From assembly GCA_964444625.1 (NCBI GenBank), contig CAYUHZ010000001.1, positions 1 through 52,119 on the forward strand: DNA of 52,119 nt, given 5' to 3'. The position numbers and the translations under genes were made by a program. Origin of the DNA: an uncultured Gammaproteobacteria bacterium. GTDB lineage: Bacteria > Patescibacteriota > Patescibacteriia > Patescibacteriales > GWC2-42-12. The notes under the pieces were generated by a model that made no database searches, was not told where the DNA came from, and worked only from the letters and a program-made list of their open reading frames with translations. This document shows positions 1 to 9,383 of the stretch, piece after piece (positions within the stretch are counted from its first letter, which is position 1; every line of letters starts with the position of its first letter).

Positions 1-16
1 AACTAAAATTAATTTT

Positions 17-1042
17 ATGTTTAAAAAAGTAATTTTTGATAAAAAAAATGTTTTAGTGGTGGGCGGTGCAGGCTTCATCGGGTCGCATCTTTGCGACGAG
101 TTGATCAAAAACTCAAAAGTAATTTGCCTTGATAATTTTTCTACTGGCGATGAAAGAAACATTGACCACTTGTTGGCCGAACCTGATTTTGAATTTATTA
201 GACATGACCTAAGCGAACCATTGAATCTTGAAATACTACCGGACTTACAAAAATTTAAGATCGAATTTCAAGGCATCCAAGAAATATATAACCTTGCTTG
301 CCCAACCTCGCCCAAATATTTTGAAAAAAATATAATCCCAAATTTATTAGCTAATTCTTATGTGGTAAAAAATTCTCTTGATTTGGCAAAGAAATACCAA
401 GCTAAATTTATGCATTTTTCATCGTCTGTGGTTTATGGCCCAAGAAGAGATGATGCTCAAAAAATCAAAGAAGATGATTTGGGTTCAGTCGATTTATTAT
501 CTCGCAGAAGCTCTTATGATGAGGGCAAACGGTTCGCTGAAACAATGGTAGAAAATTACCGAATTCTGTATGGAATCGATACTAAAATTATTAGGCCTTT
601 TCGCATTTACGGTCCAAGAATGAAAAATAAAGAAGGCCATATGTTGCCTGATTTTGTAGTTAACGCTCTTGAAAATAAAGATCTAGAAATATTGGGCGAT
701 GAATCATTCTCTTCTTCATTTTGTTATATTTCCGATCTTATTGACGCAGCAATCAAATTAATGGAAGCTGGTAATTTGCCTGGTCCATATAATATTGGGT
801 CTGATATCGATGTAAAAATTACAGAAATTGCTAAAAAAATAATCAATTTGACAACATCAAATTCGAAAATAAAATTTATTGGTAAACTGATTTTTATGAG
901 CGAACTTTGCCTGCCTGACATTTCAAAAGCAAGAAACGATCTTGGTTGGATGCCGATTATAACTTTGGACAAGGGTTTAGAGAAAACAATAACCTTTATC
1001 AAGGCCAACAAAGATTTAAAATCAGTTATAAGCAAAATTTAA
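17..1042 (+). CDS. NAD-dependent sugar-nucleotide epimerase/dehydratase, UDP-glucuronate decarboxylase (UXS)-like
   Basis: 341-aa ORF. It has the Rossmann motif VVGGAGFIGSHL and the catalytic block SSYDEGKRFAE typical of UXS-type SDR decarboxylases. Confidence 0.8.
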   Translation: MFKKVIFDKKNVLVVGGAGFIGSHLCDELIKNSKVICLDNFSTGDERNIDHLLAEPDFEFIRHDLSEPLNLEILPDLQKFKIEFQGIQEIYNLACPTSPKYFEKNIIPNLLANSYVVKNSLDLAKKYQAKFMHFSSSVVYGPRRDDAQKIKEDDLGSVDLLSRRSSYDEGKRFAETMVENYRILYGIDTKIIRPFRIYGPRMKNKEGHMLPDFVVNALENKDLEILGDESFSSSFCYISDLIDAAIKLMEAGNLPGPYNIGSDIDVKITEIAKKIINLTTSNSKIKFIGKLIFMSELCLPDISKARNDLGWMPIITLDKGLEKTITFIKANKDLKSVISKI

Positions 1043-1723
1043 ATGAAAATTTTTTGCGTAATACCAACATATAACGAAGAGGCGAATATTTTATCCGTGA
1101 TAAGTGAATTGAAAAAACAAAAATTTATCTCCGCCATAGCGGTTGTCGATGATGGATCAAGCGATCAAACCTACCAACTGGTATCTGAAATGAATATTTT
1201 CGTATTAAAACATGCCACTAATCGCGGACAAGGAGCAGCCCTAAAAACAGGAACTGATTTTTGCTTGCAGCAAGGCGCTGAAATAATAATTCATTTCGAC
1301 GGTGATGGCCAGTTTCAAGCCTCGGATTTACAAGCTTTAATCAAACCAATCGAAGGCGGAGAAGCTGATATTGCCTTTGGCTCAAGATTCATGCTGGAAG
1401 AGTCAATCAAAAAAATACCTTGGCTAAAAAGAAAAATCATTCTCCCATTAGCTCGCTTATTTAGTAATTTTTTTCTTGGCATTCATTTGACCGATCCGCA
1501 AAGTGGTCTTCGTGCTATGACCGCTAAATCAGCGGCTTTAATTGATTGGCAGCAAGACAGAATGGCGCACTGTTCGGAGATTTTATTTAACTCTAGAAAA
1601 AAAAATTTGAAAATTAAAGAGGTCCCGATTACTGTCATTTATCATCATTATGGGCAAAAAATATCGGGAGGGTTTGGTATTATCAAAGAATTATTTTACA
1701 GTTTTTTGTTAAATAAAATATAA
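1043..1723 (+). CDS. Family 2 glycosyltransferase, polyprenol-phosphate sugar synthase (DPM1/GtrB/ArnC)-like
   Basis: 226 aa. Motifs IPTYNEE, VVDDGSSDQT and FDGDGQ (DxD). The start abuts the upstream stop. Confidence 0.8.
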   Translation: MKIFCVIPTYNEEANILSVISELKKQKFISAIAVVDDGSSDQTYQLVSEMNIFVLKHATNRGQGAALKTGTDFCLQQGAEIIIHFDGDGQFQASDLQALIKPIEGGEADIAFGSRFMLEESIKKIPWLKRKIILPLARLFSNFFLGIHLTDPQSGLRAMTAKSAALIDWQQDRMAHCSEILFNSRKKNLKIKEVPITVIYHHYGQKISGGFGIIKELFYSFLLNKI

Positions 1724-1727
1724 ATTT

Positions 1728-2063
1728 ATGATGCAGAAATTTATAGCTTTAATTGTAATTTTATTTTTTTTATACAAATTATTCCAGCAAAAAAAATCTG
1801 GAAAAGTTTCTTCTCAGGAATTTTTCTTTTGGTTAATTTTTTGGCTGGTTTCTCTTATTTTAATAATTTTTTTGCGCTATATCGATCAATTTGTTTCAGC
1901 CTTGGGTTTTTCGGCGTCAGGCATAGAGCTGTTGTTATATCTAGGAGTGCTGGTATTGTTTTTCCTAGTGTTTAAACTAAGGCTTAAATTTGAAAAAGTT
2001 GAAAAAAATATAACTGAAATCACCAGGGATATAGCATTGAACAATACTCAAAGTAAAAAATAA
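1728..2063 (+). CDS. Small multi-pass membrane protein (DUF2304-like, typically paired with GtrB-like GT2)
   Basis: 111 aa with 3 hydrophobic helices. It sits immediately downstream of the GT2, and this genomic pairing is known for DUF2304. Confidence 0.5.
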   Translation: MMQKFIALIVILFFLYKLFQQKKSGKVSSQEFFFWLIFWLVSLILIIFLRYIDQFVSALGFSASGIELLLYLGVLVLFFLVFKLRLKFEKVEKNITEITRDIALNNTQSKK

Positions 2064-2064
2064 T

Positions 2065-3246
2065 ATGAACATAGCACACGTCGTCTGCGTTTTTCCTCCT
2101 TATAAAGGGGGTATGGGGAATAGCGTACTAGGTTTTTCTAAAATATATGCCGGATTTGGCCACAAAGTAACTGTATTTACTCCGGAATATAAAAAAAATA
2201 GCCGACAATATTCGGACCAATCAGGGGATAATTTGTTTGATTATGAAACAAATAATAATTTTAAAATAGAAAAACTAAATCCTATTTTTTCTTACGGAAA
2301 TGCGGCGATATTGCCTCAGCTTTTATGGAAATTAAAAAAATATGATATTGTTCATTTTCATCACCCATTTTTTGGATGCGATTTTTTAATTATTTTTGCC
2401 AAATTTTTTTTCAGACAGAGATTTAAACTAATCACCCATTATCATATGGACGCTATAGCTGAAGGACTAAGTGGGGTTTTATTTAAATTTAACAATTTTT
2501 TATTTTTAAATTGGTTGTTAAAAATTTCCAAACTTATAACATGCGCCTCTTTTGACTATATCAAGCATTCTCAGATTAAAAAATTTTTTCATTATTATCC
2601 TAAAAAATTTCGACAAACTGCCTTCGGTGTAAATTTAGAGCAATTTGTTATCTATCATGATCATGTTAATTTAGTTAGAAAAAAAATGGTAGTGCTATTC
2701 GTCGGCGCTCTTGATAAATCGCATTATTTCAAAGGTTTGGTTAATTTATTGTCAGCAGCCAAATTATTAAAAAACAGGGGATTTGATTTTGAGCTTAAAA
2801 TTGTCGGAAATGGCGAACTGAAAAATTTTTATCAAAATCAAGCCAAGATACTTGGCGTTAGCGATATCACCGCTTTTATTGATGGTGTCGATGATAGCAA
2901 ATTAGTTGATTTCTATAACTATTGCAATGTCGTCGTCCTGCCATCCACTACAAAAGGGGAGGCTTTTGGCTTGGTTTTGCTTGAAGCAATGGCTTGTGGC
3001 AAGCCGGTTATCGCCTCAAACCTTCCTGGCGTAAGAAGCGTTTTTAAAAATGGCTTGCACGGTTTTTTGACCAAACCTAATGATATCGAAGATTTAACTG
3101 AAAAAATCAGTTTAATCCTAAAAAATAAAACAAAAGCCGAAAAGATGGGAAAAGATGCCAGAAAATTTGTCGAAGAAAAATATTCATGGGAAAAAGTAGG
3201 AGAAACATTAGATAGGATTTACCATTATGTTATGTACTCAATATAA
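2065..3246 (+). CDS. Family 4 (GT-B) glycosyltransferase
   Basis: 393 aa. The C-terminal EX7E-type block is GEAFGLVLLEAMACGKPVIAS. Confidence 0.8.
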   Translation: MNIAHVVCVFPPYKGGMGNSVLGFSKIYAGFGHKVTVFTPEYKKNSRQYSDQSGDNLFDYETNNNFKIEKLNPIFSYGNAAILPQLLWKLKKYDIVHFHHPFFGCDFLIIFAKFFFRQRFKLITHYHMDAIAEGLSGVLFKFNNFLFLNWLLKISKLITCASFDYIKHSQIKKFFHYYPKKFRQTAFGVNLEQFVIYHDHVNLVRKKMVVLFVGALDKSHYFKGLVNLLSAAKLLKNRGFDFELKIVGNGELKNFYQNQAKILGVSDITAFIDGVDDSKLVDFYNYCNVVVLPSTTKGEAFGLVLLEAMACGKPVIASNLPGVRSVFKNGLHGFLTKPNDIEDLTEKISLILKNKTKAEKMGKDARKFVEEKYSWEKVGETLDRIYHYVMYSI

Positions 3247-3250
3247 TTAA

Positions 3251-4396
3251 ATGAAAATTTTAATAGCAAACAATTTATATCAACCGTTTAATAGGGGTGG
3301 CGCTGAAACTGTAGTTGAAAAAATGAAGAATAATTTCGAATGCTTAGGGCATCAAGTTGATATTTTAAGCACTAAACCATTTTTTAGCCAGACTAATACT
3401 AATAATATCACTATTAGAACTTTTTTTTACTACTTAAACAGACTTCCTAAATCTTTCAGGATCTTTTGGTTAATTGGAAACATTTTTAATCCCTTTATCT
3501 ATCTAAAATTAAACAAAATTATACTAAAAAATAAACCAGATCTTGTTATTACCAATAACTTATTTGGTCTATGTTATTACTTGTCAAAATTGTTGGAAAA
3601 GAATTGTATTCCGCAAATACATTTTTTACATGACATACAATTTATTCACCCATCGGGATTAATGATGCTTGGCGAAGAAAAAAAAATAAATTCAAATTTT
3701 GCAAAAATTTATCAAGCTATAATAAAATCGTTTTTTAACCGAAATGCTTATATTGTATCACCATCAAACTGGCTGCTTCAATTACATAAAAAAAACGGAT
3801 TTTTTTCAAACTTAAAATGCTTTGTTTTGCCATTCCCTTTTAAGGGATGCGTATCTGCAATTCAACAAGAAAAAAAAAATAAATCAAATTATTTCTTATA
3901 CGCAGGACAAATAGAGAGCCATAAGGGAATATTTTTTTTATTAGAAGTATTCAGAGATCTTAATAAAATTTATGGTGAAAAATATAATTTGAAAATAGCT
4001 GGCCAGGGAAGTCAGTTGCAGAAAGCTAAAACTTTGTTTAAAAATTTTTGCATTATAGAATTCTTAGGGCTGTTAAATCAAGAAAGCCTTTTGAAAACCA
4101 TGTCTCAAGCCAGAGCCTTGATCGTTCCTTCTATTTGTTATGAAAATTCACCAGCTGTAATTTACGATGCTAAGGGATTAGGGCTTCCCATACTAGGAGC
4201 GGACATCGGTGGCATAAGCGAAATAATCAATCCTGATAATGGAGAATTATTTAAAGCTGGAAATAAACAATCATTAATAGAAGTTATTGATAATTTCTTT
4301 GCAACCGATAAAAAATTTTACCAAACTTCCGCTGTTCAACCGTATCGTAATTTTTCTGAATATTGCCTCAAGCTGCTTAGCATAATAGTATCGTAG
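3251..4396 (+). CDS. Family 4 (GT-B) glycosyltransferase
   Basis: 381 aa. N-terminal GGAE motif and a C-terminal YENSPAVIYDAKGLGLPILGADIGG block. Confidence 0.7.
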   Translation: MKILIANNLYQPFNRGGAETVVEKMKNNFECLGHQVDILSTKPFFSQTNTNNITIRTFFYYLNRLPKSFRIFWLIGNIFNPFIYLKLNKIILKNKPDLVITNNLFGLCYYLSKLLEKNCIPQIHFLHDIQFIHPSGLMMLGEEKKINSNFAKIYQAIIKSFFNRNAYIVSPSNWLLQLHKKNGFFSNLKCFVLPFPFKGCVSAIQQEKKNKSNYFLYAGQIESHKGIFFLLEVFRDLNKIYGEKYNLKIAGQGSQLQKAKTLFKNFCIIEFLGLLNQESLLKTMSQARALIVPSICYENSPAVIYDAKGLGLPILGADIGGISEIINPDNGELFKAGNKQSLIEVIDNFFATDKKFYQTSAVQPYRNFSEYCLKLLSIIVS

Positions 4397-4409
4397 TTAT
4401 ATTCTATGC

Positions 4410-6332
4410 TTAATTTTGTTGGAATTTAAAAATGTAAATATTTTGCGATGGTAAAACAAACCAATGATCAGAGGAAATTTTTGCTTCCTCTTTTATTTTA
4501 TCAAAAGCCCACCAATATTTATTTAATACTAAATATGCCCGATTAACCGAGAGGAGATTCATCGCCTCGACCATTGTTTCTCTGCTTGGATTGTCGTAAA
4601 CCATGTTGAGATAAAGTTGGTAAAGCCTTCCGCTTGTTGGCAAGGGGTAATAAAAGAAATCTTGATAATACCGGCTAAATCCATATACTCTTAAGGCGGC
4701 GGCGCTAACCTGTTGATTGGCCAATACTAAATATTCAGCCCCCATGGAATCATTTTCAATAAATTTAACAGCCTCTATGTCATCAGCGGAAACTGCATAA
4801 TTATGTGAATTTTGGTAATTATCGGAACGAGGATATGCCAGATAAAAAGCCGCAGTAACAATAACCAGCAAAAAAAACAACCATGAACATTTAACAATTA
4901 GATTTTGTTGCAAAATTTTATAAAACATTACTTTTAACGCAACAAACGAAATCGGCAGCATAAATATTAAACTTATAAAAAAAATTCTTTGAGAATAAGC
5001 TGACTGTTCATAATCAATCAAGTAGGAGAAGGGAAGCAAGAGGCTAAGTAAATAAGCGACAAACATGGCAAGCGCCATGGATAAGTGCGGTAAATATTTA
5101 TTTATATTTTTTCTATTATAGAATAAACCCATTCCAATCAGGGAAAAATAACCAATCCATTTAAAATTATCAAAGAAATTAATCGTATTAAGCAGCCAGT
5201 TTTCAGAATAGGCAAAAAAATTAATTTTTTTAAAATTAGCTAGAAGTAAAATAATTTTTTCACCAGCAATTCTATAGTCAAAGAAATATAATAAATTCTT
5301 TGATTCAATCCAATAGAAAAGCAGGGGAAGCGTTATTGCGGCAACAATTGAAGTAAGAAGATAGGCAATTTTTATATATTTTAGCTTCAAAAATTTAATA
5401 ATGTAAATTAGAAAAACCAGGAAAATAGCGGGAATGCCGGTAAGCGGGTGTATTGCCGAAGCGCTCAGAGCCAATATTCCAAGCGTTATAAGCTGGAATA
5501 AATTTTTAATTTTTAAACTATAAAAAATTACAGTAATTAAAATTAAAAATGAAAGATTCTGCGGAGTTGTAACAATAAATATAGGAGCTAGCCAAATCAT
5601 TAAAAAGATAGTTGCAAAATATAAGCTTTTGTTATATTTTTCTTTATAATTTTGACTGATTAGCATGGATATTGGCAGAACAACAGCCGCCAAAAAAGGT
5701 ACTAAAATTTTATCCAAAACATCGATAGGAATAAAAGTAATTTTGTTCAAAATCACCACCAAGGAATATTGGCCAAGATAATACCATGGCTTGGGGTTAA
5801 CAAATCCTTGGTTAGCAATCAAATCTTCGGTTGCTTGATGAATAAACGGATCAAAGCCATATCCTATTTTATAAATAATTAGCGCGACGGAAAAGCAAAG
5901 TAAAAAATAAAAACTGACAATGATAGTTCTGCAACCATCCTGTCGCAGAATGTTAATAAATAAGACGGTTGTTAATAAAAAGAAAGCGACGAAAAAAAAG
6001 ATAGGAAGTACCTGCCATGGAGAATTAATTGCCAAATCAGTCCGGTAACTTAATAAAATACAAAAACAAACTGCAAGCAAAATAAAAAACAATGAAGTAA
6101 GCCAATGGTTATCCATCTTCTTTATTTCCACTGGCTTATCGTCAGTATTTTCTATCCGTTGATAAAAATACCACCAAACTGAAGTAGCAACTACAGAAAG
6201 TATAAGCGCTAGGGCAATGCCTAAAAAATTCAAAGCGTATAATTTATATATTATAGCGCCAATTAATGATAGAATGGCTAAAAAAATAAGCAAAAGAATA
6301 ATAAAAATTTTAAGAGATATTTTTTGAAGCAT
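4410..6332 (-). CDS. Large polytopic membrane protein with a C-terminal soluble domain (GT-C-like fold suspected, family not recognised)
   Basis: 640 aa. More than 12 predicted hydrophobic helices are followed by a roughly 150-aa hydrophilic C-terminus. It is divergent from an ArnT/PMT-like gene. Confidence 0.5.
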   Translation of the reverse strand: MLQKISLKIFIILLLIFLAILSLIGAIIYKLYALNFLGIALALILSVVATSVWWYFYQRIENTDDKPVEIKKMDNHWLTSLFFILLAVCFCILLSYRTDLAINSPWQVLPIFFFVAFFLLTTVLFINILRQDGCRTIIVSFYFLLCFSVALIIYKIGYGFDPFIHQATEDLIANQGFVNPKPWYYLGQYSLVVILNKITFIPIDVLDKILVPFLAAVVLPISMLISQNYKEKYNKSLYFATIFLMIWLAPIFIVTTPQNLSFLILITVIFYSLKIKNLFQLITLGILALSASAIHPLTGIPAIFLVFLIYIIKFLKLKYIKIAYLLTSIVAAITLPLLFYWIESKNLLYFFDYRIAGEKIILLLANFKKINFFAYSENWLLNTINFFDNFKWIGYFSLIGMGLFYNRKNINKYLPHLSMALAMFVAYLLSLLLPFSYLIDYEQSAYSQRIFFISLIFMLPISFVALKVMFYKILQQNLIVKCSWLFFLLVIVTAAFYLAYPRSDNYQNSHNYAVSADDIEAVKFIENDSMGAEYLVLANQQVSAAALRVYGFSRYYQDFFYYPLPTSGRLYQLYLNMVYDNPSRETMVEAMNLLSVNRAYLVLNKYWWAFDKIKEEAKISSDHWFVLPSQNIYIFKFQQN

Positions 6333-6425
6333 ATATTATTATTTTATCAAGTATTGCCAAATAAAAAAATACTGCGCTAATATTTTTGCTAAAAAGTAGG
6401 GCATTTGCTAAGATAACCCAATAAT

Positions 6426-8111
6426 ATGAGATTAAATATTTTAAAACATTATTCATCGACACTACTGATTCTTTTGCTGTCTGTCTTATTTTTTCTTGCC
6501 GTTGCTGGGTATATATTTTGTTTGCAAACAAACACTTCAGTCAAGTGGTTCTCTCCTGACGAAACCGCTAATTATATCATTACAAAACTCTACAGCCAAA
6601 AGAGTGAAATGCAGATTTATGAAAAATACAATCTTTATGCCGATGGCATTATCAGACCAAGAAGTTTTCGCGTTGATAACGGGTGGTTAAAACCGGTTAG
6701 TTTTCCAGGAATAATCCTGATCTTCGGCTTTCTGGCAAAACAAACTTCGGTTTCGTTGTTGCCTTTCATGACCCCAATTTTCGCAGCTGTAGGATTAATC
6801 TTTTACTATTTACTAATAAAAAAAATTTTTGGCGGAGCCAACGCTACTGTCGCTACAATTCTACTCGCTTCATTTCCGGTATATTTTTACTATAGCGCTC
6901 GAAGTATGTTCCATAATATTTTATTCGTTGTTTTGGTGGTAATTTTTTTATATTTTTTTATTTTAAGTTTTAGCCACAAAAAAGAAAACGATTTTAAATC
7001 TTGGAAAATTCCCCTTTTTTCAGCCTTAGCTGGTACCTTTTTAGGCCTATCTATTATGACCAGAACATCGGAAATCGTCTGGCTTATTCCTGTCTGCTCG
7101 ATTTTGCTTATCAGTTTTTGGAAAAATTGGACTCTCAAGAATCTTCCAATTTTTTTATTATTTAGCGCCATCTCGCTAATACCGTTGCTTCATTGGAATA
7201 CTGTTTTATATGGCTCTCCATGGCTGAGCGGTTACTCCGAGATCAATCAAGCGATTTCCGATATCGCCGTTTCCAGCTCAAACCTAAGCATTCACAATGG
7301 CGAGAGGCTAAACCAACTTAAGTCAACTTTCAATCTCGTCATAAAAAATATTTTTTATTTCGGTTTTCATCCGTACCAATCATTTAAAATGGTTTATTAC
7401 TATGTGTTTAAAATGTTTTATTGGTATCTAATACCAGCTATTATTGGATTTATATTGCTACTTCTTAATTTTAAAAAACTGAGCAAAAAGCACTTTCTTT
7501 ATTTGATAATTTTATCTGTTTTGTCTTTGATATTAGTTATCTACTACGGCAGCTGGGAATTTCACGACAACCCTGACCCCAAACAAACAACCATTGGAAA
7601 TTCTTATACTAGATATTGGCTTCCGATATATCTTGGCTTACTTCCGTTTGCAGCAATGTTTATTAATAAAATAACAAACCTGAAAGATAAAAAGTTAGGT
7701 ATTTTTTTCAAGTTCTCTATTATTGGATTCGTCTTTTTTATGTCCTTCTGTTTCACTTGGTGGGGATCGGAAGAGGGTTTGGCATATTCTTTTGCGAAAT
7801 CAAAATCTGCAGAACAGGAGTTAAATTCAATTTTAGCTTTAACCGAAAATAATTCAATAATAATTACTCGTTATCATGACAAACTTTTTTTCCCTGAAAG
7901 AAAAGTTATAATTGGTTTGTTCGATGACTCCAATATGATAATCAGATATGCGGAATTAGCCAAACATCTTCCGGTTTACTATTATAATTTTACTTTTCCT
8001 GAAAAAGATTTGCTCTATCTTGAAACAAAACTTCCGAAGTTCGGTCTTTCAATTGAATTAATCCAAAGGATTAACCGTGATTTCTCTCTTTATCGTTTAT
8101 TCAAAATTTAG
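6426..8111 (+). CDS. GT-C glycosyltransferase, ArnT/PMT (GT39/GT83)-like
   Basis: 561 aa and polytopic. A SPDE acidic motif lies in the first extracytoplasmic loop just after TM1, as in lipid-linked-sugar-dependent GT-C enzymes. Confidence 0.6.
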   Translation: MRLNILKHYSSTLLILLLSVLFFLAVAGYIFCLQTNTSVKWFSPDETANYIITKLYSQKSEMQIYEKYNLYADGIIRPRSFRVDNGWLKPVSFPGIILIFGFLAKQTSVSLLPFMTPIFAAVGLIFYYLLIKKIFGGANATVATILLASFPVYFYYSARSMFHNILFVVLVVIFLYFFILSFSHKKENDFKSWKIPLFSALAGTFLGLSIMTRTSEIVWLIPVCSILLISFWKNWTLKNLPIFLLFSAISLIPLLHWNTVLYGSPWLSGYSEINQAISDIAVSSSNLSIHNGERLNQLKSTFNLVIKNIFYFGFHPYQSFKMVYYYVFKMFYWYLIPAIIGFILLLLNFKKLSKKHFLYLIILSVLSLILVIYYGSWEFHDNPDPKQTTIGNSYTRYWLPIYLGLLPFAAMFINKITNLKDKKLGIFFKFSIIGFVFFMSFCFTWWGSEEGLAYSFAKSKSAEQELNSILALTENNSIIITRYHDKLFFPERKVIIGLFDDSNMIIRYAELAKHLPVYYYNFTFPEKDLLYLETKLPKFGLSIELIQRINRDFSLYRLFKI

Positions 8112-8207
8112 CACCAGAACGTACAGCGGTTTTATAATTTGAACAGGGGAAGAAGCCTTTTATTTTGTGTTAAATATGTTATAATAAAGACCTTAAATAT
8201 TAAACTT

Positions 8208-9383
8208 ATGAGAATTGGCATAGACGCGAGATTTTACGGACCGATCGGTAAAGGATTGGGGCGCTATACCCAAGAAATTACCGATGGAATCACAAGCCTA
8301 GACGATACAAATGAATACGTTGTTTTTTTGCGACCAGAAAATTTTTTATCATTTTCATCTGAGAAGAATAAAAAAGTAAAAAAGGTTTTAGTAAATTTTG
8401 GCTGGTATACCATGGCGGAACAATTTTTCTTCCCGTTTTTGATATTCCGAGAAAAAATCAACTTAATGCATTTTCCTCATTTTAATGTGCCGATAATGTG
8501 CCCTTGCAAATTTATTGTTACTATCCATGATTTGATTTTAACCAGATATCCTACTTTGCGCGCCTCCACTTTGAGTCCATTGTTTTACCAGGCAAAAAAA
8601 ATTTGTTATAAAATAGTCATCAAAATAGCGGCAATGAGATCGAGAGCAATAATAACCGTATCAAATTTTACCAAAAATGATATTATAAAAAAACTAAAAA
8701 TCAAAAAGGGGGAAATATTTGTCATATACGAAGGTGCTTCCGATTTATCAAATCAAGCTTGGCGTAATATGAGTAATAATACAGACACAAATGACAAAAA
8801 AATAAATTTAGGTTATAATAATATACATAATCAATACCTGCTCTATGTTGGGAATGCCTATCCACACAAAAACTTAAAACGTTTGATTCACGCTTTTCAA
8901 ATTTTACTTAAAGATAACGAAGATTTAAAATTGGTGTTGGTGGGCAAAGAAGATTTTTTTTATAGCAGAGTTAAAAATTATTGTCGAAAAATTAAACTTA
9001 CCAGCACCAATGACACCAAATCCAAGGTTATGTTTACCGGTTTTGTTCAAGATGAACAATTAAAACTTTTATACCAAAATGCCTTAGCTTATATATTTCC
9101 ATCGTTATATGAAGGTTTTGGCCTGCCGCCCCTAGAAGCAATGTCTAACGGTTGTCCGGTTGTATCATCTAATCGCGCTAGCATGCCCGAGATTCTTGGC
9201 TCGGCCGCGGTTTATTTTGACCCAGAAAACGTTCAAGATATGGTTGACAAAATTGAACTTGTCATTAGAGACGAGAGCTTAAAAAGCAATCTTAAAATTC
9301 TCGGTTTTCAGCAAATTGCCAAATACAACTGGTCAGAGTGCGTAAAACAAACTTTGCATATCTACAACTCTCAATCAAAATAA
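8208..9383 (+). CDS. Family 4 (GT-B) glycosyltransferase
   Basis: ATG at 8208 (MRIGIDARFYG) is preferred over the TTG at 8139. The C-terminal block is YEGFGLPPLEAMSNGCPVVSS. Confidence 0.8.
   Translation: MRIGIDARFYGPIGKGLGRYTQEITDGITSLDDTNEYVVFLRPENFLSFSSEKNKKVKKVLVNFGWYTMAEQFFFPFLIFREKINLMHFPHFNVPIMCPCKFIVTIHDLILTRYPTLRASTLSPLFYQAKKICYKIVIKIAAMRSRAIITVSNFTKNDIIKKLKIKKGEIFVIYEGASDLSNQAWRNMSNNTDTNDKKINLGYNNIHNQYLLYVGNAYPHKNLKRLIHAFQILLKDNEDLKLVLVGKEDFFYSRVKNYCRKIKLTSTNDTKSKVMFTGFVQDEQLKLLYQNALAYIFPSLYEGFGLPPLEAMSNGCPVVSSNRASMPEILGSAAVYFDPENVQDMVDKIELVIRDESLKSNLKILGFQQIAKYNWSECVKQTLHIYNSQSK

Noticed and set aside
8139-8207. Upstream TTG/GTG-initiated N-terminal extensions proposed by the ORF track. 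This one is at 8139. Others are at 11923, 13889, 15488, 19996, 24271, 40460 and 43630.
   Set aside because: In each case an internal ATG gives an N-terminus matching the family consensus and removes the overlap with the upstream gene. I used the ATG starts.
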